From Gemmatimonadales bacterium (GTDB taxonomy: Bacteria; Gemmatimonadota; Gemmatimonadetes; Gemmatimonadales; GWC2-71-9), in assembly GCA_039794085.1 (NCBI GenBank), contig JBDIWC010000010.1:29210-93209 (forward strand): DNA of 64,000 bases, in the 5' to 3' direction. Below are positions 1-11,225 of the stretch, piece by piece. Position 1 is the stretch's first letter. Every line of letters starts with the position of its first letter. Below the pieces are notes generated by a model. The model searched no databases and was not told where the DNA came from. It worked only from the letters and a program-made list of their open reading frames with translations. Made by a program: the position numbers and the translations under genes.

Positions 1-5
1 CTGTG

Positions 6-1116
6 ATGTCGATGACCGATCTGACCGACAGACTGAGTGATCTCCGTCGCCGGTGCGATGAACTCCGGGAGTTTCTTTGACCTCGAGGGCAAGGGAGCAC
101 GGTACCGGGAGATCGAGGCCCTGCAAGGGGACCCGGAGTTCTGGGCCAACCAGGCACGGGCGCGCGAGGTGGTGCAGGAGCTGAAGACCCTCAAGGGGTG
201 GGTCGATCCCGCCGCCGCGATTGTGGCCCGCGTGGAAGACGCCGTCGGCATTGCCGACCTCCTGGCGGGGGAACCTGATGAGGGGATGGCCGGGGAACTG
301 GAGGCAGAGGTGGGGGCTCTCGAAGCGGCTCTGGCGGAGTTGGAGGTCCGGACCATGCTCCAGGGCCCCGACGACCGCCGGGACGCGATTCTGACCATCC
401 ACCCCGGTGCCGGGGGAACCGAGTCGCAGGATTGGGCCGAGATGCTGATGCGGATGTACGTCCGGTGGGCCGAGAGACGGGGCTACCGGGTGAGTGTCCT
501 GGACATGCTCGAGGGGGAGGAGGCGGGCATCAAGTCCGTGTCCCTGGAGATTCTCGGAGAGTATGCCTTCGGGTATCTGAAGGCGGAAAAGGGTGTCCAC
601 CGACTGGTGCGGATCTCGCCGTACGATTCCCAGGCGCGGCGGCATACCTCGTTCGCCTCGGTGTTCGTGTATCCCGACATCGATGACACGATCGAGGTGG
701 ACCTGCGGGAGGAGGACATTCGGATGGACGTGTTCCGGGCCTCCGGGGCGGGAGGACAGCACGTCAACAAGACCTCTTCGGCCGTTCGGCTGACCCATGA
801 GCCGACGGGCCTCGTCGTGGCCTGCCAGCAGGAGCGCAGCCAGACCAAGAACCGGGCCACCGCCATGAAGATGCTGCGCGCGGCGCTCTATCAGCGGAAA
901 CTGGAGGAACAGGAGGCGGCCAAGGCGCTGATCGAAGCGACCAAGACGGACAATTCCTGGGGCAACCAGATTCGGAGCTATGTGTTCCAACCCTACACGA
1001 TGGTGAATGACCATCGGACGGAGTTGAAGGTGTCGGATGTCCATGCGGTCATGAACGGGGAAATCGATCCGTTCGTCACGGCCTACCTCAAGCGGTTCGG
1101 AGCCGGAGCCCGATGA
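6..1116 (+). CDS. prfB: Peptide chain release factor 2, expressed via programmed +1 frameshift at CTT-TGA-C (75-81)
   Basis: ATG at 6 (or 12) reads MSMTDLTDRLSDLRRRCDELREFL to CTT TGA; the +1 frame continues DLEGK and contains GGQHVN and the SPY (SPF-type) RF2 motif. Confidence 0.95.
66..81 (+). promoter_or_regulatory. RF2 autoregulatory frameshift site (internal SD-like GGGAG, then TTT CTT TGA C)
   Basis: CGGGAG TTT CTT TGAC matches the canonical prfB slippery site. Confidence 0.92.
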
Positions 1117-2639
1117 CGGACGCCGTCGAGCGGAGCTATGTGGAAACCGCCCGGCGCGAGAAGCTCGCGGCGCTGCGGGCCCGCGGGGTGGAGCCCTTTG
1201 CGTATCGCTTTGAGCGGTCTGACACGACCGTGGAGGCGCTCGCCCGGGGGGAGTCCCTGGCGGGGGATGCCCAGGGACCCGTGGTCACCGTGGCCGGCCG
1301 ACTGGTGGCCTTCCGGTCAGCCGGGAAGACCGCCTTTGGTCACCTCGCCGATCAGGTCGGCCGGGTCCAGCTCTATTTTCGCCGCGATGTGCTGGGGGAG
1401 GACTGGGATCTGGTCTCCCTCCTCGACCTTGATGACCACCTTGGCGTCACCGGTCCTCTCTTCCGGACCCGAACCGGAGAGATCACCATCCGGGTGGAGT
1501 CGCTCACTCTCCTCGCCAAGTCCCTGCGTCCGCTGCCCCGGGGCAAGGAGCAGAAGAGCGAGGACGGGGACGGGGACGGTCGCACCGTGTACGGGGGTCT
1601 GGTGGATCCGGAGGTCCGGTACCGGCAACGCTACGCCGACCTGGCGGTGCACCCCGAGGTGCGGGCCGTGTTCCAGCTGCGCGCGCGCATCGTGAGCTGG
1701 ATTCGGCGGTTTCTCGATTCCCGGGGCTTTCTCGAGGTCGAGACCCCGATCCTGCAACCGCTGTACGGCGGTGCGATGGCCCGGCCCTTCGTGACCCATC
1801 ACAACGCGCTGGACATGCCGCTCTTTCTCCGGATCGCCGACGAACTCTATCTCAAACGGCTGATCGTGGGCGGCTTCGAACGCGTCTACGAGATCGGACA
1901 CGATTTCCGGAACGAGGGAATGGACCGGACGCACAATCCCGAATTCACCATGCTGGAGTGCTACCAGGCGTACGCCGACTACGGTGACATCATGACCCTC
2001 CTCGAGGAGATGCTCGCCGGACTGGTCCGGGAGCTGACCGGGGGCATGCGCCTCGTGGTGGGGGGCCAGGATCTCGACTTCACGCCGCCCTGGCCACGGG
2101 TCCGCTTCGTCGAGGGGATCCTAGAGGCCAGCGGAGTGGATGTGCTGACCGCGAGCGAGGAGGAGATGCGGCAGCGGTTGCGTCGCGCCGGCGCCGGCAC
2201 GGACGAGGGGGATGATCTGGCAGGGGGACGCCTTCTCGATGAGATGTTCAAGGCCTTCCTCGAGCCCACGTGTGTGCAGCCGACGTTTGTCATCGACTAC
2301 CCCAAGCCCCTGTCCCCCCTGGCCCGGGTGCACCGGAAGGACCCGCGCCTGACGGAACGGTTCGAGCTCTTCGTCCTTGGCCGGGAGCTGGCCAACGCCT
2401 TCAGCGAACTCAACGATCCCGATGACCAGCAGGCCCGGTTCGAGGATCAGGGACGCCAGCGGGCGGAGGGGGACGACGAGGCCCAGCCGTACGATGCCGA
2501 CTATGTACGGGCCCTGACCTACGGCATGCCCCCGACGGGGGGGCTCGGTCTCGGCATCGACCGGCTCGTGATGCTTCTCACCAACCAGGCCTCCATTCGG
2601 GATGTGATCCTCTTTCCGGCCATGCGGCCCGAGGGATGA
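1113..2639 (+). CDS. lysS: Lysine--tRNA ligase (class II)
   Basis: OB-fold N-terminus, RYRQRY, FRNEG..HNPEFTMLE, YGMPPTGGLGLGIDRL. Confidence 0.97.
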   Translation: MTDAVERSYVETARREKLAALRARGVEPFAYRFERSDTTVEALARGESLAGDAQGPVVTVAGRLVAFRSAGKTAFGHLADQVGRVQLYFRRDVLGEDWDLVSLLDLDDHLGVTGPLFRTRTGEITIRVESLTLLAKSLRPLPRGKEQKSEDGDGDGRTVYGGLVDPEVRYRQRYADLAVHPEVRAVFQLRARIVSWIRRFLDSRGFLEVETPILQPLYGGAMARPFVTHHNALDMPLFLRIADELYLKRLIVGGFERVYEIGHDFRNEGMDRTHNPEFTMLECYQAYADYGDIMTLLEEMLAGLVRELTGGMRLVVGGQDLDFTPPWPRVRFVEGILEASGVDVLTASEEEMRQRLRRAGAGTDEGDDLAGGRLLDEMFKAFLEPTCVQPTFVIDYPKPLSPLARVHRKDPRLTERFELFVLGRELANAFSELNDPDDQQARFEDQGRQRAEGDDEAQPYDADYVRALTYGMPPTGGLGLGIDRLVMLLTNQASIRDVILFPAMRPEG

Positions 2640-3922
2640 TGTCCGACGCACCCCACGGAAGCCGCTGGCGTCCGACCGGACTGGAACTCGAGCTGGCCAC
2701 CCGGTATCTCCGGGGGCGACGCCTGACCCGGGGCGCCTCTCTCACCACGAGCATCGCCATCGGTGGTGTGGCGGTGGGCGTGATGGCCCTGATCGTGATT
2801 CTCGGCGTGATGAACGGACTCCGGGACGACCTGCGCGACCGGATCCTCACGGCCAATCCCCCCTTGCGCATTCTCACCTTCGGGGCCTCGCTCCGCATGG
2901 ATGACTGGCGGATGGTCCTCGATTCGGTGCGCCGGGTTCCCGGCGTGGTCGCGGCGGCGCCGGAGGTGCTCACCCAGTCGGTCATTCTCAACAGTGCGAA
3001 GTATCCCTCGGCGGTCGACCTCGTCGGGGTGGCCACCGACACCGGAAGCCGTCCCGCCTCGACCCTCGCCCGGTACATCACGCGCGGCGATCTCCAGTTC
3101 CAGACCACCCGTGCGGATGTGGATGGCGGTATCATCCTCGGCCATCGGCTCGCCAACCGCCTCTCCGCCTTTCCCGGGGACGAGGTGGAAATCCTGGCGA
3201 TTGCCTCGGGGCAGGTCAACCGGGTGATGGGGATGGCGATCCCGCGCCGGTGGCGGTTCGAGGTCACCGGCCTGTTCGACACGGGGATGTACCAGTATGA
3301 CGACGGATTTGCGGTTCTCCCCCTGGCGGTGGCGCAGCAGGTGGCCGGACTCGACACGGCGGTGACCGGAATCCAGATCGACCTGGCCGATCCCTGGATG
3401 GCACCGGCGCTGGGCCGACATCTCGAGGAGAGTTTTGGATATCCCTATCGTGCGCTTGACTGGCAGGCCCAGAACGCCACCCTGTTCAGCGCCCTCAAGC
3501 TCGAGAAGCTGGCCATGGGGCTGATCATCTTCTTCATCATGATCGTCGCCGCCTTCAACATCGTCGGAACCCTGACCATGGTGGTGGCCGAAAAGACCCG
3601 GGAAATCGGCATCCTTCAGGCGATGGGCCTGCCCGCCCGTGCGATCGGACGGGTCTTCCTGCTGCAGGGCGGAGTGATCGGAGGCATCGGGACCGCCCTC
3701 GGGGTGGTGCTCGGGATCGGGATCGGGCTGGTGGTGGACCAGTCGGGGTGGATCCGGATCGACCCCGCCGTGTACTACATCGACCGGCTGCCGGTGCACA
3801 CCGAACCGATCGATGTTCTCATCGTGGTGAGCATGAGCCTGGGGATCGCCCTGCTGGCCACGATCCTCCCCTCCCGCACCGCCACCCGGTTGACCCCGGT
3901 GGAGGCGATCCGGCACGAATGA
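2636..3922 (+). CDS. lolE: Lipoprotein-releasing ABC transporter permease LolC/LolE
   Basis: GVMALIVILGVMNG, AAFNIVGTL, EKTREIGILQAMG, PVEAIRHE. Confidence 0.9.
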   Translation: MMSDAPHGSRWRPTGLELELATRYLRGRRLTRGASLTTSIAIGGVAVGVMALIVILGVMNGLRDDLRDRILTANPPLRILTFGASLRMDDWRMVLDSVRRVPGVVAAAPEVLTQSVILNSAKYPSAVDLVGVATDTGSRPASTLARYITRGDLQFQTTRADVDGGIILGHRLANRLSAFPGDEVEILAIASGQVNRVMGMAIPRRWRFEVTGLFDTGMYQYDDGFAVLPLAVAQQVAGLDTAVTGIQIDLADPWMAPALGRHLEESFGYPYRALDWQAQNATLFSALKLEKLAMGLIIFFIMIVAAFNIVGTLTMVVAEKTREIGILQAMGLPARAIGRVFLLQGGVIGGIGTALGVVLGIGIGLVVDQSGWIRIDPAVYYIDRLPVHTEPIDVLIVVSMSLGIALLATILPSRTATRLTPVEAIRHE

Positions 3923-4623
3923 GCACTCCTCTGCTTCGAGCCCGCGGGATCGGGATGGTGTATCGGGGCGGTGACGGAGCCCCGGTGCCGGTGCTCCAGG
4001 GCCTCGAGCTCGAGGTGCGGGCCGGCGAGTTCGTGGCCATCGTGGGCGAGAGCGGGGTGGGAAAGAGTACCCTCCTGCACCTGCTCGGAGCCCTGGACCG
4101 GCCGAGCGCCGGCGAGGTGGAACTGGATGGCGTGCGCTACGGGGACCTCGACGCCGGAGCCCTGTCCGCCTTTCGCAACCAGCGGATCGGCTTCGTGTTC
4201 CAGTTTCACCACCTGCTTCGGGATTTCAGCGCCCGCGAAAATGTGGCGATGCCCTTGCGCATCGCCGGGGCCTCGCCGGAGGAGGCCCTGCTTCGGGCCG
4301 ACGCGCACCTGGAACGGGTGGGTGTGGCCCATCGGGCGTCGCACCGTCCCGCCCAACTGTCGGGGGGAGAACAGCAACGCGTGGCCGTGGCTCGAGCCCT
4401 GGCGGCGGAACCCGCTCTGGTCCTCGCCGATGAGCCGTCGGGCAACCTCGACGCCGCCAACAGCGCCCGCCTGCACGACCTTCTGGTGTCGGTGGCCCGC
4501 GCGCCCGACCGGGCTCTCCTCGTGGTCACCCACAACCGGGCGCTTGCCGAACGGGCCGATCGGGTACTGATTCTGGAGCAGGGCATTCTGACCGATACCC
4601 GGGCCCCGGAGGTGGCCGACTGA
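3919..4623 (+). CDS. lolD: Lipoprotein-releasing ABC transporter ATPase LolD
   Basis: ATGA overlap with lolE; GESGVGKS, GFVFQFHHLL, LSGGEQQRVAVARAL. Confidence 0.9.
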   Translation: MSTPLLRARGIGMVYRGGDGAPVPVLQGLELEVRAGEFVAIVGESGVGKSTLLHLLGALDRPSAGEVELDGVRYGDLDAGALSAFRNQRIGFVFQFHHLLRDFSARENVAMPLRIAGASPEEALLRADAHLERVGVAHRASHRPAQLSGGEQQRVAVARALAAEPALVLADEPSGNLDAANSARLHDLLVSVARAPDRALLVVTHNRALAERADRVLILEQGILTDTRAPEVAD

Positions 4624-5093
4624 TGCTGTGCTCGCGGTGCCAACAACGGGACAGCGTGATCCAGGTGCACCAGATCATCAACGATCAGTCCGCCGTGGTT
4701 CATCTGTGCCAGCAGTGCGCGCTCGAGCAGGGAATCGAGGTCGAGGCCACCCTCGAATCCAACCCGCTGACGGGCTTCCTCTCCTTGCTCGAGCAGCATC
4801 CCGCCACCACCGGGGCCTGCCCGGGATGCGGGGCCACCCTCGAGGACTACCGCTCCACCGGGCGCCTCGGGTGTGCCCGGTGCTACGCCACCTTTGCCGG
4901 TCCCCTGCGGGATCTCCTGCGGCGAATCCATGGAGCCGCGGCCCACACCGGATCGCGGCCCCCCTCCGCGGAGGATTCGCTCAGCGCGGACGCCCGGAGG
5001 GAGGACCTCCAAACCCAGTTGCGCCGGGCCATCGAGCACGAACAGTTTGAGCGGGCGGCGGTTCTTCGCGACCAACTCCGGGAGTTCGAATGA
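4623..5093 (+). CDS. mcsA: McsA, protein-arginine kinase activator (CxxC motifs + UVR domain)
   Basis: CSRC, CQQC, CPGC, GRLGCARCY, EQFERAAVLRDQL; upstream of mcsB-clpC. Confidence 0.88.
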   Translation: MLCSRCQQRDSVIQVHQIINDQSAVVHLCQQCALEQGIEVEATLESNPLTGFLSLLEQHPATTGACPGCGATLEDYRSTGRLGCARCYATFAGPLRDLLRRIHGAAAHTGSRPPSAEDSLSADARREDLQTQLRRAIEHEQFERAAVLRDQLREFE

Positions 5094-6220
5094 TCGACCT
5101 CTCGCTCCTTCGCGATGGAGGCCTCGGGTGGCTTGAGGCCAGCGGTCCCGAGAGCGGGATGGTCCTTTCCACCCGGATCCGGATCGCCCGGAATCTGAAC
5201 CAGATCGGGTTCACCGGGCGGAACAGCGCGGAGGACCGCGAGCAGATCCTGCGGACCGTGACCCAGGCGGCACGCGACGTGGAGCCGTTCCGGGACGCCG
5301 TCCTGTTCCGCCTCGACCGGCTCGGTCTGGAGGACCGGATGGTCTTGCTGGAGCGGTATCTGATCAGCCGCGAGCTGGCCTGCCCCGAGGGTCCCCGCGC
5401 GCCCCGCTCGGCCTCGGCCCTCCTGGCCCAGGACCGGCTCGGGGTCATGGTGAACGAAGAGGATCATCTCCGGATCCAGGGGGTCTTTTCCGGGTTCGAT
5501 CCCCACAGCGCCTACGCTGCGGTGGAGCGCCTGAACGATGAACTGGGGCAACGACTTGCGTTCGCGTTTCACCCCGAATTCGGTTACCTTACCGCCTGTC
5601 CGACCAATGTCGGCACCGGGCTCCGCGCATCGGTCCTGATCCATCTGCCGGGCCTGGTGCTGACCAAGGAAATCACCCGTGTGCTGCAGGGTCTGAGTCA
5701 GGTGGGACTGACCTATCGCGGGTGGTACGGGGAGGGGAGTGACGTGATCGGAAACTACTTCCAGCTGTCGAACCAGACCACGCTGGGGCGGACCGAGCCG
5801 GAACTCCTGGACCATCTGGCCTCGGTGGTTCGGAAGGTGATCGGCTATGAACAGGAGGCGCGGGATATCCTGCTCCGCGACGCGCCCGGGGTGCTGGAGG
5901 ACAAGGTGTGGAGGGCGTATGGATTGCTGCGCTACGCGCGGGCCCTGTCCTTCGAGGAGGCGATGAACCTCCTCAGCGGGGTGCGTCTGGGTGTGGGTTT
6001 GGGCCTGCTCTCAGACGTCGTCATGTATACCCTGAATCGGTTGCTGGTGTTTGTCCAGCAGGGCCATCTGGCCACCGCCGCGGGGACGACCCTGGACGAC
6101 CCGCAACTGGCGGTCCGGCGCGCGAGCCTGGTCCGGCGGGCCTTGAAACGTGATTCGGAACGACCCCCCCCCGCCGGTGGCGACTCGCCGGACCGGGGAT
6201 CACAGCCCGAAGGTGGATGA
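5090..6220 (+). CDS. mcsB: Protein arginine kinase McsB
   Basis: STRIRIARN, NEEDHLRIQ, GYLTACPTNVGTGLRASV. Confidence 0.93.
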   Translation: MIDLSLLRDGGLGWLEASGPESGMVLSTRIRIARNLNQIGFTGRNSAEDREQILRTVTQAARDVEPFRDAVLFRLDRLGLEDRMVLLERYLISRELACPEGPRAPRSASALLAQDRLGVMVNEEDHLRIQGVFSGFDPHSAYAAVERLNDELGQRLAFAFHPEFGYLTACPTNVGTGLRASVLIHLPGLVLTKEITRVLQGLSQVGLTYRGWYGEGSDVIGNYFQLSNQTTLGRTEPELLDHLASVVRKVIGYEQEARDILLRDAPGVLEDKVWRAYGLLRYARALSFEEAMNLLSGVRLGVGLGLLSDVVMYTLNRLLVFVQQGHLATAAGTTLDDPQLAVRRASLVRRALKRDSERPPPAGGDSPDRGSQPEGG

Positions 6221-6223
6221 CGC

Positions 6224-8704
6224 ATGAACGGCTACAACTTTACTGATCGGGTCCGCAAGGTCCTCCAAATGGCTCGCGAGGAGGCGGCTCGCCTGCACCA
6301 TGAGTACGTGGGAACCGAGCACATTCTCCTCGGGCTGATTCGCGAGGGGGAAGGGGTTGCGGCGGCGGTGATGACCAACCTCAGCGTCGACCTGGAGGAG
6401 ATCCAGCAGAAGATCGAGGAAACGGTCAAGAAGGGGAAGGCCGCCCTCGCTCCGGGCTCGCTTGAGCTTCCCTACACCTCGAGGGCCAAGAAGGTTCTGG
6501 AACTCGCCATGACCGAGGCGCGGGAACTCAATCACTCCTACGTGGGCACGGAACACCTCCTGCTGGGCCTTTTGCGGGAGGAGAAGGGCATCGCGGCCCA
6601 AGTGCTCACCGACACCGGCATCACCCTGGAACAGTCCCGGGCCGAGACGCTGCGCCTGCTCGGGAGCGACATGCCCTCTCCTCAGCAGCCCCAGAGCGCG
6701 GGGATCCCGCAGGGAGCGCCACCCAAGTCCGAGAAGAAGTCGAAGACGCCCGCGCTCGACCACTTCTGCCGCGATCTCACCCAGCTCGCCGCCGACGGCA
6801 CCCTCGATCCCACCATCGGACGGGCCGACGAGATCCAGCGGGTCATGGAGATTCTTTCCCGGCGCAAGAAGAACAACCCGGTCCTGATCGGGGAGCCGGG
6901 AGTCGGGAAGACCGCGATCGTCGAGGGGCTCGCCCTGCTGATCGCCAGCGGGCAATGCCCCGACGCCTTGCGCGATCACCGGGTTCTCTCCCTCGACATG
7001 GCGGCGGTGATCGCCGGAACCAAATACCGGGGACAGTTCGAGGAGCGGCTCAAGGCGGTGATGAACGAGATCGCGCAGAACAAGCAGGTCATCCTCTTCA
7101 TCGATGAGTTGCATACCCTGGTGGGCGCGGGGGCGGCGGAGGGAGCCATCGATGCCAGCAACATGCTGAAACCCGCTCTGGCGCGGGGCGAGTTGCAGTG
7201 CGTGGGTGCCTCGACGCTCAACGAATATCGCAAGTACATCGAAAAGGACGGTGCCCTGGAGCGTCGCTTTCAGGCCGTCCTGGTTGATCCGCCCACCGTG
7301 GACGAGACGGTCGAGATCCTGAAGGGGCTCCGGAAGAAGTACGAGGACCATCACCGGATCGTGATACCCGATGCCAGCCTGCGGCTCGCGGCCGAGCTCT
7401 CGGAGCGGTACATCACCGACCGGTTCCTGCCGGACAAGGCCATTGACGTCATCGATGAGGCCGGGGCCCGCGCCCGGCTCGCGTCGCAGGTTCCGCCCGC
7501 CGAGGTGGGGGCCCTCAAGGCCGATCTCGAACAGGTGAACGTCGAGAAGGAGGCTGCGGTCCGGGATCAGAACTTCGAACAGGCCGCCGCCCTGCGGGAC
7601 ACCGAGCGCGACCTGCAGCAACGCATCCGCCAGGTGCAGGAGGCGTGGGAGCGGGAACGCGCCACCAGTCGGCCGACCATCGGGGAGGACGAGATCTCCT
7701 TCATCGTGTCGCGGTGGACCGGGGTGCCTCTGACCCGCCTCCAGGAGGCGGAAACATCCCGGCTCCTGCACATGGAGGATGCCCTCCACGAAGCGGTGGT
7801 GGGACAGGACCAGGCCGTCCTCGCCGTCTCCAAGGCCATCCGTCGCAGCCGCGCGGGCCTCAAGGATCCCAACCGGCCGATCGGGAGCTTCGTGTTCTCC
7901 GGTCCGACGGGGGTGGGAAAGACCGAACTGGCCCGGGCCCTGGCGTCCTTCCTGTTCGGGGACGCGGCGGCCCTCATCCGGGTCGACATGTCGGAGTACA
8001 TGGAGAAGTTTTCGGTCTCGCGGCTGATTGGGGCTCCCCCGGGGTATGTGGGGTATGAAGACTCGGGAACCCTCACCAAGGCCATCCGCCGCCGGCCCTA
8101 TGCCGTCGTTCTGCTCGACGAGATCGAGAAGGCCCATCCCGATGTCTTCAACATCCTCCTGCAGGTCCTCGACGAGGGCCGGCTCACCGACAACTACGGC
8201 CGGGTGATCGACTTCAAGAACACCGTGGTCATCATGACGTCCAACGTGGGGGCTCGCGACCTCTTCCAGAGCAAGTCGCTCGGGTTCCATGGGGCCGAGG
8301 AGGGACAGGCGTTCGACCGCATGTCCGAAACCGTCCGGGAGGAACTCGCCAAGGTGTTCAATCCCGAGTTTCTCAACCGGCTCGACGACGTGATCGTGTT
8401 CCACCCGCTGGAGCGGGATCACATCGCCCGGATCGTCCGGATCCTGTTGCGCGATCTGCAGCGGCGCCTGGGGGACACGATCACCCTGTCCGAGGCGGCC
8501 GTCGACTTCCTGGTCTCCAAGGGGTACGATCAGACCCTGGGAGCGCGCCCGCTGAAGAGGGCCATTCAGCGCTATGTGGAGGATCCACTCAGCGACAAGT
8601 TGCTGACGGGAGACATCCGGGCGACCGACGACCTCGAGGTCGACGTTGCCGAGGGGGGGGAATCACTGACCTTCCGCGCCCCGACCGAAACCCGGACCGC
8701 GTGA
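6224..8704 (+). CDS. clpC: ATP-dependent Clp protease ATPase subunit ClpC
   Basis: Clp N repeats, GEPGVGKT and GPTGVGKT Walker A motifs, UVR linker. Confidence 0.95.
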   Translation: MNGYNFTDRVRKVLQMAREEAARLHHEYVGTEHILLGLIREGEGVAAAVMTNLSVDLEEIQQKIEETVKKGKAALAPGSLELPYTSRAKKVLELAMTEARELNHSYVGTEHLLLGLLREEKGIAAQVLTDTGITLEQSRAETLRLLGSDMPSPQQPQSAGIPQGAPPKSEKKSKTPALDHFCRDLTQLAADGTLDPTIGRADEIQRVMEILSRRKKNNPVLIGEPGVGKTAIVEGLALLIASGQCPDALRDHRVLSLDMAAVIAGTKYRGQFEERLKAVMNEIAQNKQVILFIDELHTLVGAGAAEGAIDASNMLKPALARGELQCVGASTLNEYRKYIEKDGALERRFQAVLVDPPTVDETVEILKGLRKKYEDHHRIVIPDASLRLAAELSERYITDRFLPDKAIDVIDEAGARARLASQVPPAEVGALKADLEQVNVEKEAAVRDQNFEQAAALRDTERDLQQRIRQVQEAWERERATSRPTIGEDEISFIVSRWTGVPLTRLQEAETSRLLHMEDALHEAVVGQDQAVLAVSKAIRRSRAGLKDPNRPIGSFVFSGPTGVGKTELARALASFLFGDAAALIRVDMSEYMEKFSVSRLIGAPPGYVGYEDSGTLTKAIRRRPYAVVLLDEIEKAHPDVFNILLQVLDEGRLTDNYGRVIDFKNTVVIMTSNVGARDLFQSKSLGFHGAEEGQAFDRMSETVREELAKVFNPEFLNRLDDVIVFHPLERDHIARIVRILLRDLQRRLGDTITLSEAAVDFLVSKGYDQTLGARPLKRAIQRYVEDPLSDKLLTGDIRATDDLEVDVAEGGESLTFRAPTETRTA

Positions 8705-11169
8705 CGCCCATGCTGCTCGCGGGACCGGGCTCCGTCCTCCGCGGAGCCTCCGCAGGTGGACGGACCCTCGGTTGGTTGCGGGCCCGGCTCCTGGCCGGGC
8801 CCGCCTTGGCCATCCTGGTCGCCGGGCCGGTGCGCGCGCAGGACCCGCCCGGCGTGGCGCTTCCCAAGGTCGACAGTCTGATCGTGGAGGGGAACCAGCG
8901 CATTCCCGCCGACCAGATCGTGGCCACGGCGGGGATCCCCCTCTTCCAGCCGGTGAACTTCCGCGCCATTCAGCAGGCGATCCAGGCCCTCTATCGTTCC
9001 GGACAGTTCGACGATGTGCGCATCGAGCAGCGCGAGTCCCCGACCCATCTCATTCTGGCCATCATCGTCCGGGAGAGACCCCTGCTGCAGCGCTGGGTGA
9101 TCCAGGGAGCGCAGAAGATCGAGGAATCCACCGTGCGGGGGCGCATCAAGGTGCTCGAGGGGCGGCCCATCGATCGGTCGGCCGTGGCCCAGTCCCGGGC
9201 CGCCATCGACTCGCTCTACCGGCAGCGAGGATACTACGCTGCTGTGGTGCGCTCCGAGGAGGTGGTCCAGCCCTCGGGGGCGGTGCAGGTCGTGTTCGCC
9301 ATCAGTGAAGGGAGCCGGGTGGCGATCAGCCAGGTCGTCATCAATGGGAATGAGAACTTTTCCGACCAGGAGATCGTGGGGGCCATGCGATCCAAGCCGG
9401 AGGGGTTCTGGTGGTATCGCAAGGGGGAGTTCAAGGAAGAGCTGGTGGAGGAGGACATGCGAGTCAACCTCCCGGCATGGTATGCCGACCGGGGATATGT
9501 GGACTTTCAGGTGTTGAGCGACTCCCTCGTGGCCGACACCATCCCCGGCAAGGCGACCCTGATCCTGGACGTGGACGAAGGCCCCCAGTACCGAATCGGT
9601 ACCATCGAAGCCATCGGAAACCGGCGCTACTCGACCGAGGATCTCGCCGCGTTCCTCCCCTTCGCCCGGGAGGCGGGGGTGACCCTCGGGGATGGCCAGG
9701 TTGTGGGCACGGTGTACAACCAATCCGAGTGGAATGCGGCAACCGAACGCCTGAACACGCTCTACGGGAACACGGGGTACATCTACTCCCAGGTCCGCGC
9801 CGAGGAATCGCCCCGCACGGCGCCCGACGGGACCCGGTACCTGGACTTGCGCTGGAACATCAACGAAGGGTCCCCCGCCACGATCAATCGGATCCTGATC
9901 GTGGGCAATGACGTGACTCACGAGCGGGTGATCCGCGAACAGATCCTCCTGGTGCCGGGGCAGGTGTTCAACCGGGATCTCATGATCCGCTCCTACGAGG
10001 GGATCTCCAACCTGAACTTTTTCGAACAACCGCTGCCGATCCCCGACATCCAGCCGACCGCCAACGGTGTGGATGTCGACATCATCTTCCGGGTGACCGA
10101 GCGCCGGACCGGCAACATCAATTTTGGCGCGTCCCTGGGGCAGGGTACCGGCATCGGGGGATTCATCGGGCTGGAGGAGCCCAACCTCTTCGGACGGGGA
10201 AAGCGCGGGACGTTGCAGTGGCAGTTCGGCCGCAACGTGAGTGACTTCAACCTGAGCTACACCGACCCGGCCATTCGGGAGTCGCGCATCTCGGGCACCC
10301 TCGCTCTCTTCAACAGCAGGCAGCGGTTCACCATCGGCGATCTCGGGACCCAACGCCAGATCGGGGGAAACCTGCAGCTCGGGTTCCCCCTCATGGGATC
10401 GCGATTCACCCGCGTCTTCGTGTCCTATGGCCTGCAGCTGCGTCGCTTCACGGGAAGCGCGGGGGAATTGCTGAACCAGTTCAACAGTTGTGACAACTGC
10501 ACCCGGTCGACGGTGGGATTGGGTCTCTCCCGTGACCTGCGCATCGGACTCCCGTTCCCGACCGCGGGGACCAGCTTCACCCTGAACACCGAGATGAACG
10601 GTGGTGTGGTGGGCGGCACCGGACGGTACCAGAAGCTCGACTTCGACGGTCGCTACTACACTCCGCTGGGTCGGATGGGGGGAGACCGTGCCCTGGGCAC
10701 CGGGGTCCAGTTCGTTCTGGGACTCACGGCCAAGTCCGGTTTCATTTCCGGCGATACCGGTCCCTTCATCACCGAGCGGTTTTCCATGGGCGGGGTCCAG
10801 TTCGGCATCCCCCTCCGAGGGTACGAGGAGTTCTCGATTACGCCCGACGGATTCGATCCCTCGGCGGGATCGACCAATGCGAATGTGAACTCCTTCGGCA
10901 AGGCCTACGCCGCCTTCACCCTGGAGGCGGGAGCTCGTCTGAGCCAGTCCCTCTACATCAACTCCTTCTTCGATGCCGGCAATACCTATCGGCGAGTTCG
11001 AGACTACAACCCGAGCCGGCTCTTCCGCAGCTACGGATTCGGAGTGGCGGTCATCTCGCCGCTGGGACCGCTGGGGCTCGATCTGGGATACGGACTCGAC
11101 AAGGTGGACGCGGCGGGACGGCCCGATCCGAGCTGGCAGGTGCACTTCAGGTTGGGCAACTTCTTCTGA
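8701..11169 (+). CDS. bamA: Outer membrane protein assembly factor BamA
   Basis: POTRA repeats, LRGY motif, SPLGPL, C-terminal Phe; exact start uncertain. Confidence 0.92.
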   Translation: MTPMLLAGPGSVLRGASAGGRTLGWLRARLLAGPALAILVAGPVRAQDPPGVALPKVDSLIVEGNQRIPADQIVATAGIPLFQPVNFRAIQQAIQALYRSGQFDDVRIEQRESPTHLILAIIVRERPLLQRWVIQGAQKIEESTVRGRIKVLEGRPIDRSAVAQSRAAIDSLYRQRGYYAAVVRSEEVVQPSGAVQVVFAISEGSRVAISQVVINGNENFSDQEIVGAMRSKPEGFWWYRKGEFKEELVEEDMRVNLPAWYADRGYVDFQVLSDSLVADTIPGKATLILDVDEGPQYRIGTIEAIGNRRYSTEDLAAFLPFAREAGVTLGDGQVVGTVYNQSEWNAATERLNTLYGNTGYIYSQVRAEESPRTAPDGTRYLDLRWNINEGSPATINRILIVGNDVTHERVIREQILLVPGQVFNRDLMIRSYEGISNLNFFEQPLPIPDIQPTANGVDVDIIFRVTERRTGNINFGASLGQGTGIGGFIGLEEPNLFGRGKRGTLQWQFGRNVSDFNLSYTDPAIRESRISGTLALFNSRQRFTIGDLGTQRQIGGNLQLGFPLMGSRFTRVFVSYGLQLRRFTGSAGELLNQFNSCDNCTRSTVGLGLSRDLRIGLPFPTAGTSFTLNTEMNGGVVGGTGRYQKLDFDGRYYTPLGRMGGDRALGTGVQFVLGLTAKSGFISGDTGPFITERFSMGGVQFGIPLRGYEEFSITPDGFDPSAGSTNANVNSFGKAYAAFTLEAGARLSQSLYINSFFDAGNTYRRVRDYNPSRLFRSYGFGVAVISPLGPLGLDLGYGLDKVDAAGRPDPSWQVHFRLGNFF

Positions 11170-11225
11170 CCCGGACACGGCGGGGGTCGGACAGGCATCA
11201 CACACATTCCCGGAGGCAGGTGGCA

